Assembly (NCBI RefSeq): GCF_009914755.1 | Contig: NC_060926.1 | Length of the DNA stretch: 64,000 nucleotides | Origin: the human T2T-CHM13v2.0 reference genome, Homo sapiens | Strand: one strand, 5' to 3' | In this document: positions 47,160 to 61,868 of the stretch, one piece after another | Layout: each line of letters opens with the position of its first letter | How positions within the stretch are numbered: position 1 is the first letter of the stretch | Notes under the pieces: model-generated | What the model was told of the DNA's origin: nothing | Seen by the model: only the letters and a program-made list of their open reading frames with translations | The model's database searches: none | Position numbers and translations under genes: made by a program

Positions 47160-47346
47160 CATGATTCTCAAACTTTCATGTCCATCAGACTCCCCTGGAT
47201 GGCTTGTTAAAACACAGATTCCTGGGTCCTACCTGTGGAGTTTCCAATTCAATAGGTCTGGGATGGCCTGAGCATTTGTATTCCTGAAGAGTTCCCAAGT
47301 GATGCTGATATTGCTGGTCCTGGGACCACCCTTTGAAAACCACTGG
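47160..47346. mobile_element. MER5A hAT DNA transposon
   Basis: gattctcaaactt...catcagactcccctgga..cttgttaaaacacagattcctggg...gatgctgatattgctggtcc...tttgaaaaccactg. Confidence 0.85.
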
Positions 47347-47944
47347 GCAAAGCAACCATGTCAGCCAACCATTTTCACCTCTCAGCATTACATGGCTCAC
47401 TGTAGGAAATTCGAAGCCCTGGATAGGTTGCTAGAGGCCTGAGCTTACCAGCCCAAGAGCTGTGGCCATCCCAGGCCCACATAGCAAAGGGCACAAATAT
47501 CTTAAGGCACACTTATGTCTAGGGAGACTGTCCAGGGGCCCTGGAACCCTCCCGAGAGAGGAGGAGGTACAGCTTTGAGAGATCTTCTATTGACTTCTCA
47601 ATGGAAATGGAGACCTCACAGCACCACCATTTCACCACCAGCCCAGTGAGAGCGTAGAGCTCTGGGAGCCTGAGTCTGGGCTGTGGTGCAACGTGTGGTG
47701 CAAGGCTTCCACGTTTTCATCCTGCCTCCACCTAGAGCCTCTGCTGATCCCTTCCTGTCACATTCTTGACAACCCAAATAGCTCATTTCCCTTCCATGCT
47801 CACAGCTGGAGTAGGCAGGTGAGATCCCAAATGGGCCTCGGAGGCCTTTTCCAACTGAGTGGACACAGAGACATCATATATATCCACATGTAATATAGCA
47901 AATGGCAGATCATCTTGTGGGTCAAAATCTGCAAAAATCATTGG

Positions 47945-48235
47945 TTTTTCTTCTAACAGCTTTATTGACATATAATTTACAATTCACCCATCTAAAGTAC
48001 ACAATTCAGTGTTTTTTAGTACAGTCACAAAGGTTGCCTGTTCATCTTCATAATCAATTTTAGAACATTTTCATCACTTCAAAAAGAAACCCTGTACCCT
48101 TTAGTCACCCATCCCTCAACCACCCCCCAGCTATAGGCAACAACTCACCTACTTTTTGTCTCTATCGATTTGCCTATTTTGGACATTTCATACACATGGA
48201 ATCATGCTATATGTGGCCTTTTGTGATTGGCTTCA
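47945..48235 (-). mobile_element. L1MB-type 3' end
   Basis: aacagctttattgacatataattt...atttgcctattttggacatttcat. Confidence 0.8.
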
Positions 48236-48328
48236 AAATTACTTTTAACAGGGACATGGGATGACCTACATGTGAGTCCAAAAGATCATTGGCAGAAAGA
48301 CAAGGTGGAGACAAATGGTTTAGGTTTA

Positions 48329-48978
<650 letters not shown>

Positions 48979-49431
48979 CTACCTAACTTCAGGATGTGAG
49001 CTGGTCACCAAAAAGACCAAGGCAGGATTAGAGGGATGGAACTTTCAGCTCTCCCTGCAATTCCTTATCTTATGCATCTCTTCATTTGGAGGAGAGGGGG
49101 CTAAAGTTTGGGTTAAGCACCAAAGGCCAATGGCTTAATCATGCCTGCCTCCATAATAACCCGAAAAGTTCTGGTTCAGAGAGCTTCTGGACAGCTGAGC
49201 ATGAGGAGGTTCTGGGAGGGTGGCAAATACTGAGAGGGCACGGAAGCTCCAGACTCCATACCTCAACTTATGTATCTCTTCATTTCCTTTGTAATAAGCT
49301 TTATAAAAAAAAAAACGGTAAATGTGTTTCCTTGAGTTCTGTGAGCCACTCTAGCAAATTAATTGAACCCAAGGAGGGGGGCATGGGAACCTGGATCAAT
49401 AGCCAGTTGGCAAGAAGCACAGACAAAATAA

Positions 49432-50175
49432 TGAAACCACCTTTGCAAAGATGGTGATAATGAGAGAAATCTAACATGGCTGACTCCATCTTGCTTCTGG
49501 CCTCACAGGCTGGCTGTCTTCACTCATTCCTGGGCACAGGCTGAGCTAACCATGGGAGGAAGTTAGTTTATAGTTGAATTTGGAAGCAAAGATGATAACA
49601 GTCCCTTCCTAAAACATATCCCCTCCCTGTTTGGGGACTAAAACTGCCTTTGCAAGACTAATTAGGATTGTGGGAAAGGACTGAATTCTGCTAAAATATA
49701 GGCATAGTTTCTACAATTCTTTGCTGCTCAGGAGTCATGTGGCCAGAGGTCAGAAGGTTTGCAACTTCCTCAGTTGCTCCTATAGTAGAACCTAAGATTT
49801 GTCTTTTGAGATCTTTTTCAGACTTTTGTATTCTGGAAACCAACTGACCCCACTGAGACTTATAACTCATGACTTAACTAGTCCTGCGGTCCCTGACCCA
49901 GGAGCCGACTGAGGGCACGAGAACTGTTTTCCACGCCCCTATGATTGCATCCCCAAACAATCAGCAGCACCCATTCTCTAGTTCTCTGGCCACCAAACTA
50001 TCCTTGACAAACCCTAGCCTCCAAGCCCTCAGGGAGACTGATTAGAGTGATAACACCAGTTGTTTCATGTGTCTGGCCTTGCATTAATTAAACTATTTCT
50101 TTACTGCAGTACCACGGTCTTAGTGAATTGGTTTTGTCTGTGCAGTGGGTGGGACGAACCTGTCAGGTGATTAAA
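49432..50175 (+). mobile_element. ERV1 solo LTR, LTR8 family
   Basis: tgaaaccacctttgcaaag...gactccatcttgcttc...; TSD ataa; homologous to 43206-44346. Confidence 0.8.
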
Positions 50176-50849
50176 ATAATGGGGCTTGTGATTGACATTG
50201 GAAGTTGGGGGGCAGTCTTGTGAGGATGAACCCTCAACCTGTGGGATCTGACACTATCTCCAGGTAAATCGTGATTGAACAGCTGGCATCTGCTGTGGAA
50301 TTGCTTGCTTGCCTGCTTATTGGTAGAGAGAAATCCCCACACATCTGATCACCCAGGTTTTCTGGGCTGATGGTTGTGGTGTGAGAGCAGAGGAAAAACA
50401 GTGTGTTTTTCATTCATCCCTAGTGAAAAGAAGACTAGCTCTGGAGCACTCTCAGATCAAAGCGATCTCGTTATGTATCAGTGGCATGCCCTGGCTTTCG
50501 AAAAGTTGAGGTTATGTAAGAGGTATTTTCCCTGCCTCTTATCCAGGAGGTTCTGTCTGAGTGCCAAAGTCAGCAAAGCAGTCCTCTAGGCTCTTCCCAC
50601 TGAAGAGGTAGAGAAACTTTCTGTCACTTTGAAACTGAAAGTTGCCTAATCTGGGGTCCTTTAAGGACTGCTGTCTCCTCTATATTCCCAGATTTCTCCT
50701 GGCTGTTGTCCAGGGCTCTCCTCATTTCTCTGAAGGCCCTGAGCTGCCTGCCACCTGCCAGAGTCCCTGCTACCTGGCGATTACATTTGTCAAGGCAGAA
50801 GGCTTCTTGCCTCCTCCGTGTGAGCCCCACCACAGCAGCAGCCCCGTAA

Positions 50850-51220
50850 GAAGCTAGCTGGTCTGCATCCTAGCAGGACATCAGTGGTTTTGAAAAATAT
50901 AGGCATTCATAGAAAAGATAGCAGGAAAGAAAACCAGACAGGGCTGTCTGGATCCACAGACCACCCAGATCATCCTCAGACCCACCAGATTCATTCTTGC
51001 CCCAGGGTTCCAGACCCATGGCAGGTGGCACAGCCTGGGACCTGGCCTCTCCCTCTAGGTTTCATGGGCACTATTCCCACCGCCATGACTTCGGGTGAGT
51101 CCCTCGGCCTTTCTTTTTCTTTCTTTTTTTTTTTTTTTGAGATAGAGTATTGCTCTGTCGCCCAGGCTGGAGTGTAGCGGCATGATCTCGGCTCACCACA
51201 ATCTCCCCCTCCCGGGTTCA
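50850..51220 (-). repeat. Inverted duplication, left (derived) arm: unique DNA plus the 3' third of an Alu
   Basis: Reverse complement of 52835-53218, compared base by base. Confidence 0.97.
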
Positions 51221-52634
51221 GCTCCCCGTGAGAAGTTCCAGCTCCCCGTGAGAAGTTCCACCATCAGGGACCCTCTCTTGTTTTGTTCAGACTCTGCTTT
51301 TCCGCAGCTGGTGTACTGGGGGAAGCCCAGAACCCAGGGACGGCAGGTTGCTGAACTGACCCTCTGCCCTAGCCAGTGTCTGAGGTGGAGGCTCTTTCAA
51401 TGGTCACTTTTTCTGGCTCAAGCCCGTGACGGGAATGCCAGGAACCCACCCAGGGGGAATGAGGTCTCCCAGGATGCTTCTCTGCCCTGCCCAGACACTC
51501 AGGCCACAGAGCTGTCACCCCGGTTCCTACCCATACCATCACGTCAGTGGTCTGGGGCTTTCTTGACAATTGTGAACAGAGTTAGGGGTCTGGAGAAAGG
51601 GGAGCAGTTGTATTCCTGCCCTCTGCCGTGCTGGTCCCCCACATACCAGTGAGTCCGGGTCTGGGAGTAGAGGCACCTGGGGCACAGGATTGGGAGTGAA
51701 GCATGAGAAGGGCATGGAGGAGGGAGGGCAATGAGAGCTTCCCTTCCTTGAAGTGTGCCCGGTGAGGTGTGACTCCAGCAACCCAGGGCAGGGATTGGAC
51801 GGCTGCCAGAGAACAGTAACCAGAGGAGCTGCAGGATACCTGCCCTCCCTGTGGGCGTGGGAAGCAGGCTGGGGCAGGCTGAAGGTCAGGCAGGATGCCC
51901 CCACTGGTGGGTGGCTGAGGAGGGTCTTCTGGTTGGCAGCACTGTCGGCCTAGCACTGTGGGGAGGCAGCCAGGGAAACAGAAACCACAGTTCACAGCCC
52001 TGACGCAGGCCCTGGGCCCACTGGCTGGAGAGGCCTGAATTATTAACCTCGGGAGAGGCCAGCTGGCACGAAGGCCAAGGGGACTGAATTGACTCCTCCC
52101 AGCTCCGTTCAGTCACCTAGGAGGTGAAGAATTCAGCAAGCCCTGGTTCTGGTTGCCCCAGTGTGACCAGCACTGTAAACAGGGCGCCTGGCTGGTCTGG
52201 CACAGGCTGCAGCCAGGGCCGTTCGCGCCCCGCCTCCTACCAGCTCCTCCTGGATTTCTCAGGGCTGTGGCCTTTTGTTTACAGGCTCCCGCCTCACCTT
52301 CCTCTCCCAGCCCGGAGCCTCTCTGCTGAGCACATTTTTAGCATTCCCTCAGGGCGGCTTTGCTTTTCCCCTTCCCACAAAAGAAGACCCTGCAGCTGCA
52401 GACATGCTGTGGTTTCCGGAGCCTTGGCTGTCATGGGGCCAGTCACCAGGGTCCACCTGCACTCAGATGCTGTCCTGGGGGAACTGGCTGGCAAGACCCC
52501 TTCCACCCAGCTGGAGGGGTCCGGAGGAGGCCGAATCCACTCCCACATCTGCTCTGGGCTCGCTTTGGAGTTCCCCTCTGAGCAGATAGGGCTAACGTGT
52601 CCCATTTCCAATGTCTGAAAAAGAAAGGTCGAGG

Positions 52635-53218
<584 letters not shown>

Positions 53219-53689
53219 CTTAGGACCACAGGACATCCCTGGGCCTCTCCCTTCTTTGATAGCTCAGTTCACTATTTCCTCCCTGGGCACAGCTGTGGGC
53301 CTCACATTCCTGTTTCCTTTCCCCTGGGAAATAGGAACAGGAAAATTGTTAGGGAAAATTGTCCAAGACTTGAAAATGGAGCAGAGATTCCTGCAGGTCC
53401 TTTGAGTCATGTCAGCCTTGGGCATTGTCTGGCAGGCCTGTTCAAGGAATTACCTGACTTTCTAGGGGTGTAGACCTTTGTCTAACTTGCTATTTACTAC
53501 TCATTAGGTTATTTTACAACTTTATGACAAAGGCATAGGAAACTGATAGGGTGCAGACTTGTTTTATAGTGACACAAATAAAAGCATTTTAGTGAAAAGG
53601 CCAGGGAGGACACTCATTCTATTTTATGGGATGAAATATTGCCCCATAAAAAATTGTAAAAAAAAAAAGAAAAGGGGAAAAAAGGCTAA

Positions 53690-54024
<335 letters not shown>

Positions 54025-54179
54025 TTAGCAATATTACTTTAATATTCTTTCCTTCAGTAATTGTAACTATTTTGATGTCTCCTACATTTTTTTTTAAACC
54101 AGCTCTTCCATCCTGCTGGTTCTCTCACTGATTAAATACTTTTTAGATACATGTTCATTCTATATTTGTGTGAAAGCCA

Positions 54180-54350
54180 TGTTTTAAAATTTAATTTTGA
54201 AAAATTAACATCTGGCAAAGTTGAGGGTTTTCTTCATTTACAGTTCTATGAATTCTAGCCCATATATAGTTGCGTACCTGCTACCACAATTAGGATACAA
54301 AACAGGTCCATCATCCCCCTAAAAAACTCCCTTGGGCCATCCCTTACAAC
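54180..54350 (-). mobile_element. Old L1 3' fragment
   Basis: tacagttctatgaattct...accacaattaggatacaaaacaggtccatcatcccc..aaaaactccct. Confidence 0.6.
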
Positions 54351-55536
54351 CATGTTTTTGACTTCTTGAAAATGACTCTTTCACAGGATGCAGAGGGTTG
54401 TCAGTGACTCGGGAGTTGTGGGTGTGCCCGTCTTATCAATCCCCACAGCCTTGCCTGTGGAGATGCCCTATCTGTCCCCACTCTGTCAAGCCCAGGGAAA
54501 GGCGTGGGGTCAGAGGATTTGGCTCTGTCACACCATTCACTGCCTGCCCTTCTTCCCAGCGCTTCCAAGATCTGGTTGTATTAAACACGAGAATGAAGAG
54601 AGGAAAACACCTTCGCCCACGGTGTGCTCTGGGGACATCTCCAGGTGTGGGTGGTGGCGTCAGCCACAGGACAGGTAAATAACCAAAGGGAACATGGGTA
54701 CCCAAGTCAGATGTCCTCTTCGCTCCTTCCCTCAGGAGAACCTGCCTTTTCCTCACCAGGGAGCTGGCAACACCCAGGCTTCCCTGCAAGGGCGGGAGGG
54801 ACATCGAGGTGCCGGATAGCCAAGGGAGCAGAGGAGGAAGGGGCTCTTCGAGTAAACTTGTTGGGAATTAAGATGTGCTGCTCTCATCGCCTGGGTGTTA
54901 CTTCAGTTGGAGAAAAAAGAGGCTTCACCATTTGTCTTTGTGCAGTGTTATCCTCAGCAAAGAGGACTGGGAACGTGGTACATGGGAGGAGGGAGCCAGG
55001 GATGCGAGTGGCCAGCCACGCCCAGGGAGGGGGAGCGAGGCACAGGGATGTCTCCAGACAAAACCCCTAAATCACATGGAATCAGATACACATATTCTCT
55101 CTCTCTCTCTTTTTCACATTCTCTCTCTCTCTCTGTCACTGAGCTATTTTTCACTCAGCATTCAGAGCCTGTGGTATGTGTGGATACGAAGTAGGGCTTC
55201 AGGTCTTCATAGGTCTAAAGTCCATAATGCTGTCTCTAGTGCCCTCCCTTTAAAATGTATTTTATAGCCTTTTATTTGTCTTTACCAACGAATGGAAAAG
55301 CAATGAAGTCAGACTTTTTTGGGATTTGCTTTATCTAACCGGTGCCCTTGCCCTCTCCAGAGGCCTCCCTTTCCCTGGTGCGAGAGGCATGTGCAGGGCC
55401 TGGTAAGAAAAGGAGCCTTAGACACTGACTCCAGGGGTCCCTAGCCAGCCTCATGGGCTTTGTGACAATCCTAACACTTAATGGTGTGTTCTACTCTGAC
55501 TTCCAAGTTCTCTTTTCTTAAATATGTGTCTTATCT

Positions 55537-55670
55537 AGGGTGACCGTGTGACTTTTAGCCTCCAAACCATGACATTCTTAAGAGTGAAAGGAGGTGGGAA
55601 TAATAATTACTCTGGGACAATGTGTGTAAACTGGGACCGTGGCAGGCAAGCAGCGAAGTATAGTCACTCT
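55537..55670. mobile_element. MER96-like hAT MITE
   Basis: tagggtgacc...tccaaaccatgaca ... gggacaatg...aaactgggac...gtcactct. Confidence 0.55.
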
Positions 55671-55724
55671 TATCTTTCAGAGTAAATTGGGAACTTTTTC
55701 CATGAAGGGGCCCAGTCTGTCTAT

Positions 55725-56410
55725 CTGTGATAAGATATACTTGGGCTTTGTCCCCAAGAGATGAGTGTCTTTTGTGTGCCAATGAGATGTCCGGTGGCTG
55801 GGGGTCCCTAGTTAGCTTCAGGATGGGGGCTGCTCTCCAGAAAGACCAAGGCAGGAGTAGAGGATTGGAACTTTCAGCCCTATCCTGGACCTCCTGGGAA
55901 GAGAGAGGGGCTGGAGATAGAGTCAATCACCAATGGCTAATGATTTAATCAATCATGTCTAGGTAATGGGATCTCCATTAAAAACTGAACAGTGAGGTTC
56001 AGAGAGCTTCTGAGTTGCTGAATACGTTGAGGTCCTGGGAGGGTGGCATTCCAGAGAGAGCGTGGAAGCTCCACACCGCCCCCTAGTACCTTGTCCTTTA
56101 CATCTCTTCCATTTGCCTGTTTCTAACTTGTATCCATTCCAATAAACCAGTAATAGTAAGTAAAATACTTTCCTGAGTTCTGTGAGTCCTTCTAGCAAAT
56201 TATCCAACCTGAGGAGGGGGTTGTGGAAACTCTTGGTTTATAGCTGATTGATCAGAAGTACTGGGGACAACCTGTGACTTTCGACTGGCATCCAAAGTGG
56301 AGCAGTCTCATGGGACTAAACCCTAAACCTGTGGTGTCCGCACTGACTTCAGGTCCAATCCAACATATTAATTAATCCTACATATTAATCAGGATGGAAT
56401 GGAATTGTAG
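55725..56410 (+). mobile_element. MER21-family LTR
   Basis: ccagaaagaccaaggcaggagtagaggattggaactttcagccc...ttcctgagttctgtgagtccttctagcaaattatccaacctgaggagggg. Confidence 0.8.
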
Positions 56411-57814
56411 GATGCAATTCCTATGGAGAGTTGGAGACCTCCTTGGAGTCCTCTTCCGCATCTAAGAGCTTTGTTAGGAGATGCTTAGTTAACACTGACT
56501 GATGGCTGCTTCTTTAAGGGGCTCTCTTCCTAAGAAATTTAACCCAATTGAAGTTTAGAGGGAGAAACTTCTTGGTTTAGTTCAAACACCTTATTATATG
56601 TTGGGCTGGCTTTGGTTGTTAAATATCAACTGTTGTGAATGAACACTAAGAGACCACAGGTGACTTGTGATGGAAGGAGACTCTTTCAGAGAAGCCAGCC
56701 AAGTTCAGGCAGCTGCAGGCCATGTTTGTCTAATAAGTCACAATTGTGTGGCAGAGACTCCTGTGACCCCAGTTGTGCTGGAGGCAAGAGCTAAGCGTTG
56801 GCATGCCCAGATGGGATTTCAGGTATCCACTCTGTGTGAAAACCCACTAGGACTCCTTGAAGAAATGAAGATAATTTTAAGGACTGACTACAGGATTCTA
56901 GGAGAGCAGGTTTACATGTCTAGGGGAAAAAAAATAAAGACAAAGGTGACTTTGACCCCTGAAGAATATGCTTGGATGGGCAAAAAAATCACTCCATGGT
57001 AGAATCACTGCGGGGAGTCTCTTGCACGTATCCCTGGGTGGTTGATGGTGGTTGATGGTTGATGACTTCTGACCCAGCCCTGGTGGAGGAATCTAGGAGG
57101 CCCTAAGAAAATGAAAAGAGCAGGAGTGGTCCTTTTGGAGCCTTATAAACAAGCCATGAAAACTGATCAGGAGAGACATCTCTTCCACTTCAAAGAGTTA
57201 GAAACTGGCCAGGCTGTGCCCTACCACATCCCAAGAAGCCCATACACATAATGGACACCAAAGAGAAGTCTTTCCAGCAAATGGCAGCCAAGTGTTGCAT
57301 CCTAAAGTCAGAATATCATGATGGTTTTCTGTTAGAGGAAGTCCAATGTCTTAAGGAAGGGCACTCTTTGGTCTAATTGGCACAGGGGCAATGGGGTAGT
57401 GTCAGCCCCAACATGGGGTAGTGGCAACCACGGTCAGAGTACACGGTGATGTCCTCACTGGGGAGTGACAGTGACTACACTGTATTGCTAGTGGCCAACA
57501 CTAGCAGTGATGTATGGAGTTGGCAACATCACTGCTTGCCTTGATGATGGCCAGGCTGGTGCTCATGCAAAACCTGCTGCCGATCCCACTGAAGCACAGT
57601 GGAGAATAGCCCAGAGAGAAGTCCAGGAAGGCTTTATCAGCGGAGGCAGTGTTGATGAGATACTTGGGCCCTGCCAGGAGGAGGAGGAGGAGGGGACCAT
57701 GGGGTAGGGGCCTAGGGTAAAAAATATTTCTATTCACACTGCAGTTGTGACTCAGTCCCTTAGAATGCTGTGACTGGGAAACTCACATTACACTGTGTAT
57801 ACACATACATTACA

Positions 57815-58043
57815 CTGTAACCTCCACTTCCTGGGTTCAAGTGATTCTCTTGCCTCAGTCTCCTGAGTAGCTGGGCTTACAGGTGTACACCACGACGCCT
57901 GGCTAATTTTTTTGTATTATTTTTAGTAGAGACGGGGTTTTGCCTTGTTGGCCAGGCTGGTCTCGAACTCCTGACCTCAAGTGGTCCCCCTGCCTCTGCC
58001 TCCCAAAGTGCTGGGATTACAGGCATGAGCCACTGCGCCCAGC
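57815..58043 (-). mobile_element. AluS, 3' end missing
   Basis: Reverse Alu lacking its tail; junction carries a duplicated cattacactgt. Confidence 0.85.
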
Positions 58044-58458
58044 CCTGTATGATTTTTTTATGTGCAGCTCACATTCAAAATTACTGCTTGGCTTCTTTGG
58101 CGCAGAACCTCCCTTCTCCACCAGGGCCTCTCACTGGGTCTCAGTGGTAGACACTCTGGAGGATGCCTGCCTCACTCTTTGAAGTGAATTATTTTGGGTA
58201 TCACCTTGATCCTAAATAAGGTCAGACAATCCCAATATGCTCTAAACATTTGTTCAAATCTTATTCAACTATTTTCATGTAGTATAATAAAATTTTATTA
58301 ATATCTCTTGGTTTAATTCATGATCATTTTACATGTGGTGATATTGACTGAGTCCAAGCACTACCAACTCTGCCTTCGCTTTTTTTTTCAATTTTTAATT
58401 TTGAGGGTACATAGTAGGTATACATCCTTCATCATTGTGAAATTAAAATGTGTCTTTA

Positions 58459-58608
58459 GGCTGAGCACAGTGGCTCACACTTGTAATCCCAGCACTTTGA
58501 GAGGGTGAGGCGAGAGGATTGCTTGAGCCCAGGAGTTTGAGGCCAGCTTGGGCAATATAGAGAGACCTTGTCCCTACAAAAATATAAAAGTTAAAAATTA
58601 AAAAACAA
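58459..58608 (+). mobile_element. FLAM_C-like left monomer
   Basis: Single left monomer with A-rich tail. Confidence 0.8.
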
Positions 58609-59462
58609 ATATGTCTCTTAGTGATTTTTTTCTTTTCTTAATTACATATTCACTGTAACAAAAAAGTTTGAAGTTACAGGTAGGCAAAAAGAAGAAAATT
58701 AAAACACCCCTAGTCCTATTCTCAGAGTTAGCTATTACTTACCACTTGATGTATTTCCCTCCAATCTTTTTCTGTATATGTACATGTGAATGTTTGTGTA
58801 TAAAAAACTCACACACCTATAAAACATAAATAAGACATCCAGCTACCTCAATAACTGCATTATTCGTTTCTAATATGTATACTTTTTCACGTATTTGCCT
58901 ATTTTTATTTCATAACCATCTGTTCTTATTTGTGATGGCTATTCTTTCATTTAGTTCCCTGAAGTTTTATGTATACATTTTAAAACCCCCTTCAAGATTG
59001 TCTATTATCTCTAGTTCCTTAAGTATAAATTTTCTTCTTTGGGGGGGTCTGAAAACTGCCTTTAGTGTTGTTGATCTTCCTTATAGGGTGTGTAATTCTT
59101 GCCTATGAGCTTGTCTTTCATGGGAGCCATCTTTCTTGGGACTTCTCCACTGTGTGGTCTGGGTTTTAGAAGAAGGATTCCGGTGAGGAGGTTTCAGTGT
59201 TGTCCTATGGAATAGAGCACTGACTTCAAACCAAGTCTATGGCTAGTGGACCAGGACTGTTGACTGTTTCCACTGATAGCTGGGCAGATGGCTTGTGTTC
59301 AGCCACAACCTTGGGCAGCCCTCTTCCTGAAGGGGTGGCATGGTCCTGCCTCCTGGACTCATGGCTTCCTGCTGCATGTGGGGCTCATGACGCATTGAAA
59401 TTGCAACCACAGCTCATCCAGTCTGAGTCCCCTGTGGGTCTTCCGGCTTTAGCTCCCATTTA

Positions 59463-59806
59463 CAGGCATGTTTTATTTTATTATACTTTGCTTTATTGCA
59501 CTTTGCAGATATTGCATTTTTTACAAATTGAAGGTTTGTGGCAACCCTGCGTGGAGCAAGTCTATCAGTGCTATTTTTCCAACAGCACGTGCTCACTTCA
59601 TTAGCATTTTTTAGCAATATTATCTTTTAATTAAGGTATGTACATTGTTTAGACATATGCTATTGCACACTTAATAAACCACAGTATAGGGTAAACATAC
59701 TTTTATATGCACTGGGAAACCAAAAAATTTTTGTGACTTGCTTTATCATGATATTTACTGCGTGGTGGTCTGGAACTAAACTGGCACTATGCCTGAGGGA
59801 TGCCTG
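59463..59806. mobile_element. Tigger1 internal-deletion derivative
   Basis: TA|caggcat...tttacaaattgaaggtttgtggcaaccctgc ... gatgcctg|TA; both termini and the TA TSD are present. Confidence 0.85.
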
Positions 59807-59976
59807 TATGACTTTGTTCCTACTCTGTCCCTGGAGATTTCCCTTTCTTGCATGGAGCTTGGACATATCAATCTAAAATATATTTTTATATTTTATTAAG
59901 TTTTTCTATGCATTTGCAATAGGAGATGACAGCAGTAGGGGGAGTTCACCCTGTGCTCAACATGTTGACCTGAAAT

Positions 59977-60240
59977 TCAATAGTAATTATCCTTACGTTG
60001 ATTTGTGTTTGTCCTCCATACATCCAACATCTTCTTAACTACTTTAATTGCTTTGTCATTTTCTTCCATGTTCACTAGAATTATCTCAAGATTTTCCTGA
60101 GCTGGGAAAATTTCAAGCTTCCTTGATGTTTCTAATTTATCTAATAGCTCTATAAAGCTCTTGTTTTCATCCTGAATTTTTTTCCTTAGCTCTGAATTTC
60201 CTTTGCATTTCACTTGGTAGACTTATCAAGTCATCTTTGG
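59977..60240 (-). mobile_element. Possible ancient L1/HAL1 ORF1 remnant
   Basis: A-rich reverse strand encoding a K/E-rich coiled-coil-like peptide; weak evidence. Confidence 0.35.
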
Positions 60241-60492
60241 GTTCTCGTTTTACTAAATTTCAAAAGCATATTAAATATTTTAAAATTAATTATATACCAA
60301 GTTAATACAAATTATTAATTGTTAAATTAATATAATTAACTATTAAATTAAAATGATTAATTAAGTATTATATATTCTTATTTGTTCTACAATGTGAAGC
60401 ATTCTCAGGAGTTTTCTTCTGTACTTGGGAGAGAGATTTCTCCCAATCTAGATATCTGGATATGTTTATCTTTTTCATGTTGTGTTTCTTGC

Positions 60493-60868
<376 letters not shown>

Positions 60869-61486
60869 TAGTATGTTGGCTTAGCCTTCATGCTGTCTCT
60901 TTTAATTTTGCACAGGTAAGTCTGATCAGACTATCTAACGCTCTGAGAGTGTGAGGACGAATTCTTTTTGACACCTTTTCTAGCTACCTGTCATTTCCTC
61001 AATACTAGAGTTTGGGGGCTGGGTGGTACTTCCTTCCTGCTTCCTGAGCTCTGAGGGTCACATGGACAGGTGAAGGACAGAGCTGGGCCTGGCTCCCTCC
61101 TGACGTGGGCTAGCATCCCACACCTGGGTCTGCTCCACTTGGCAGGCACATGTCCCCTCCTGGGACTTCAGCTCATTCCCTTGGACAGCACAGAGTTCTG
61201 AACAGCAGCAAGTCCAGCCAGCCACTCCTCCAGCCGCTGCTGGCTTCTGTGATGGTGCCCAGGGGCTCCTCCTCTCTGGAGCTTCTCCTGGACTCCCCAG
61301 GCTGCCTTTAGCATCTTGGCCCTCTTTGTGCCGAACTGAGAGGTGCTGGTGACCCTTCTTGGGATCCTGTTCTCTTACCTTCCCTCATTTGGCTTCAGCT
61401 ATGTGTGTGGGAGAGAGACAGCTAACATTCCATTCTGAGACCCTCTATTTCTTCCCTCTTGACACCTTTTCAGTCTTATGTCATAA

Positions 61487-61868
<382 letters not shown>

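Noticed and set aside
51221-51260. Direct 20-bp repeats as CRISPR-like or att sites
   Set aside because: Only two abutting copies, no spacers, eukaryotic context; better explained as a junction scar.
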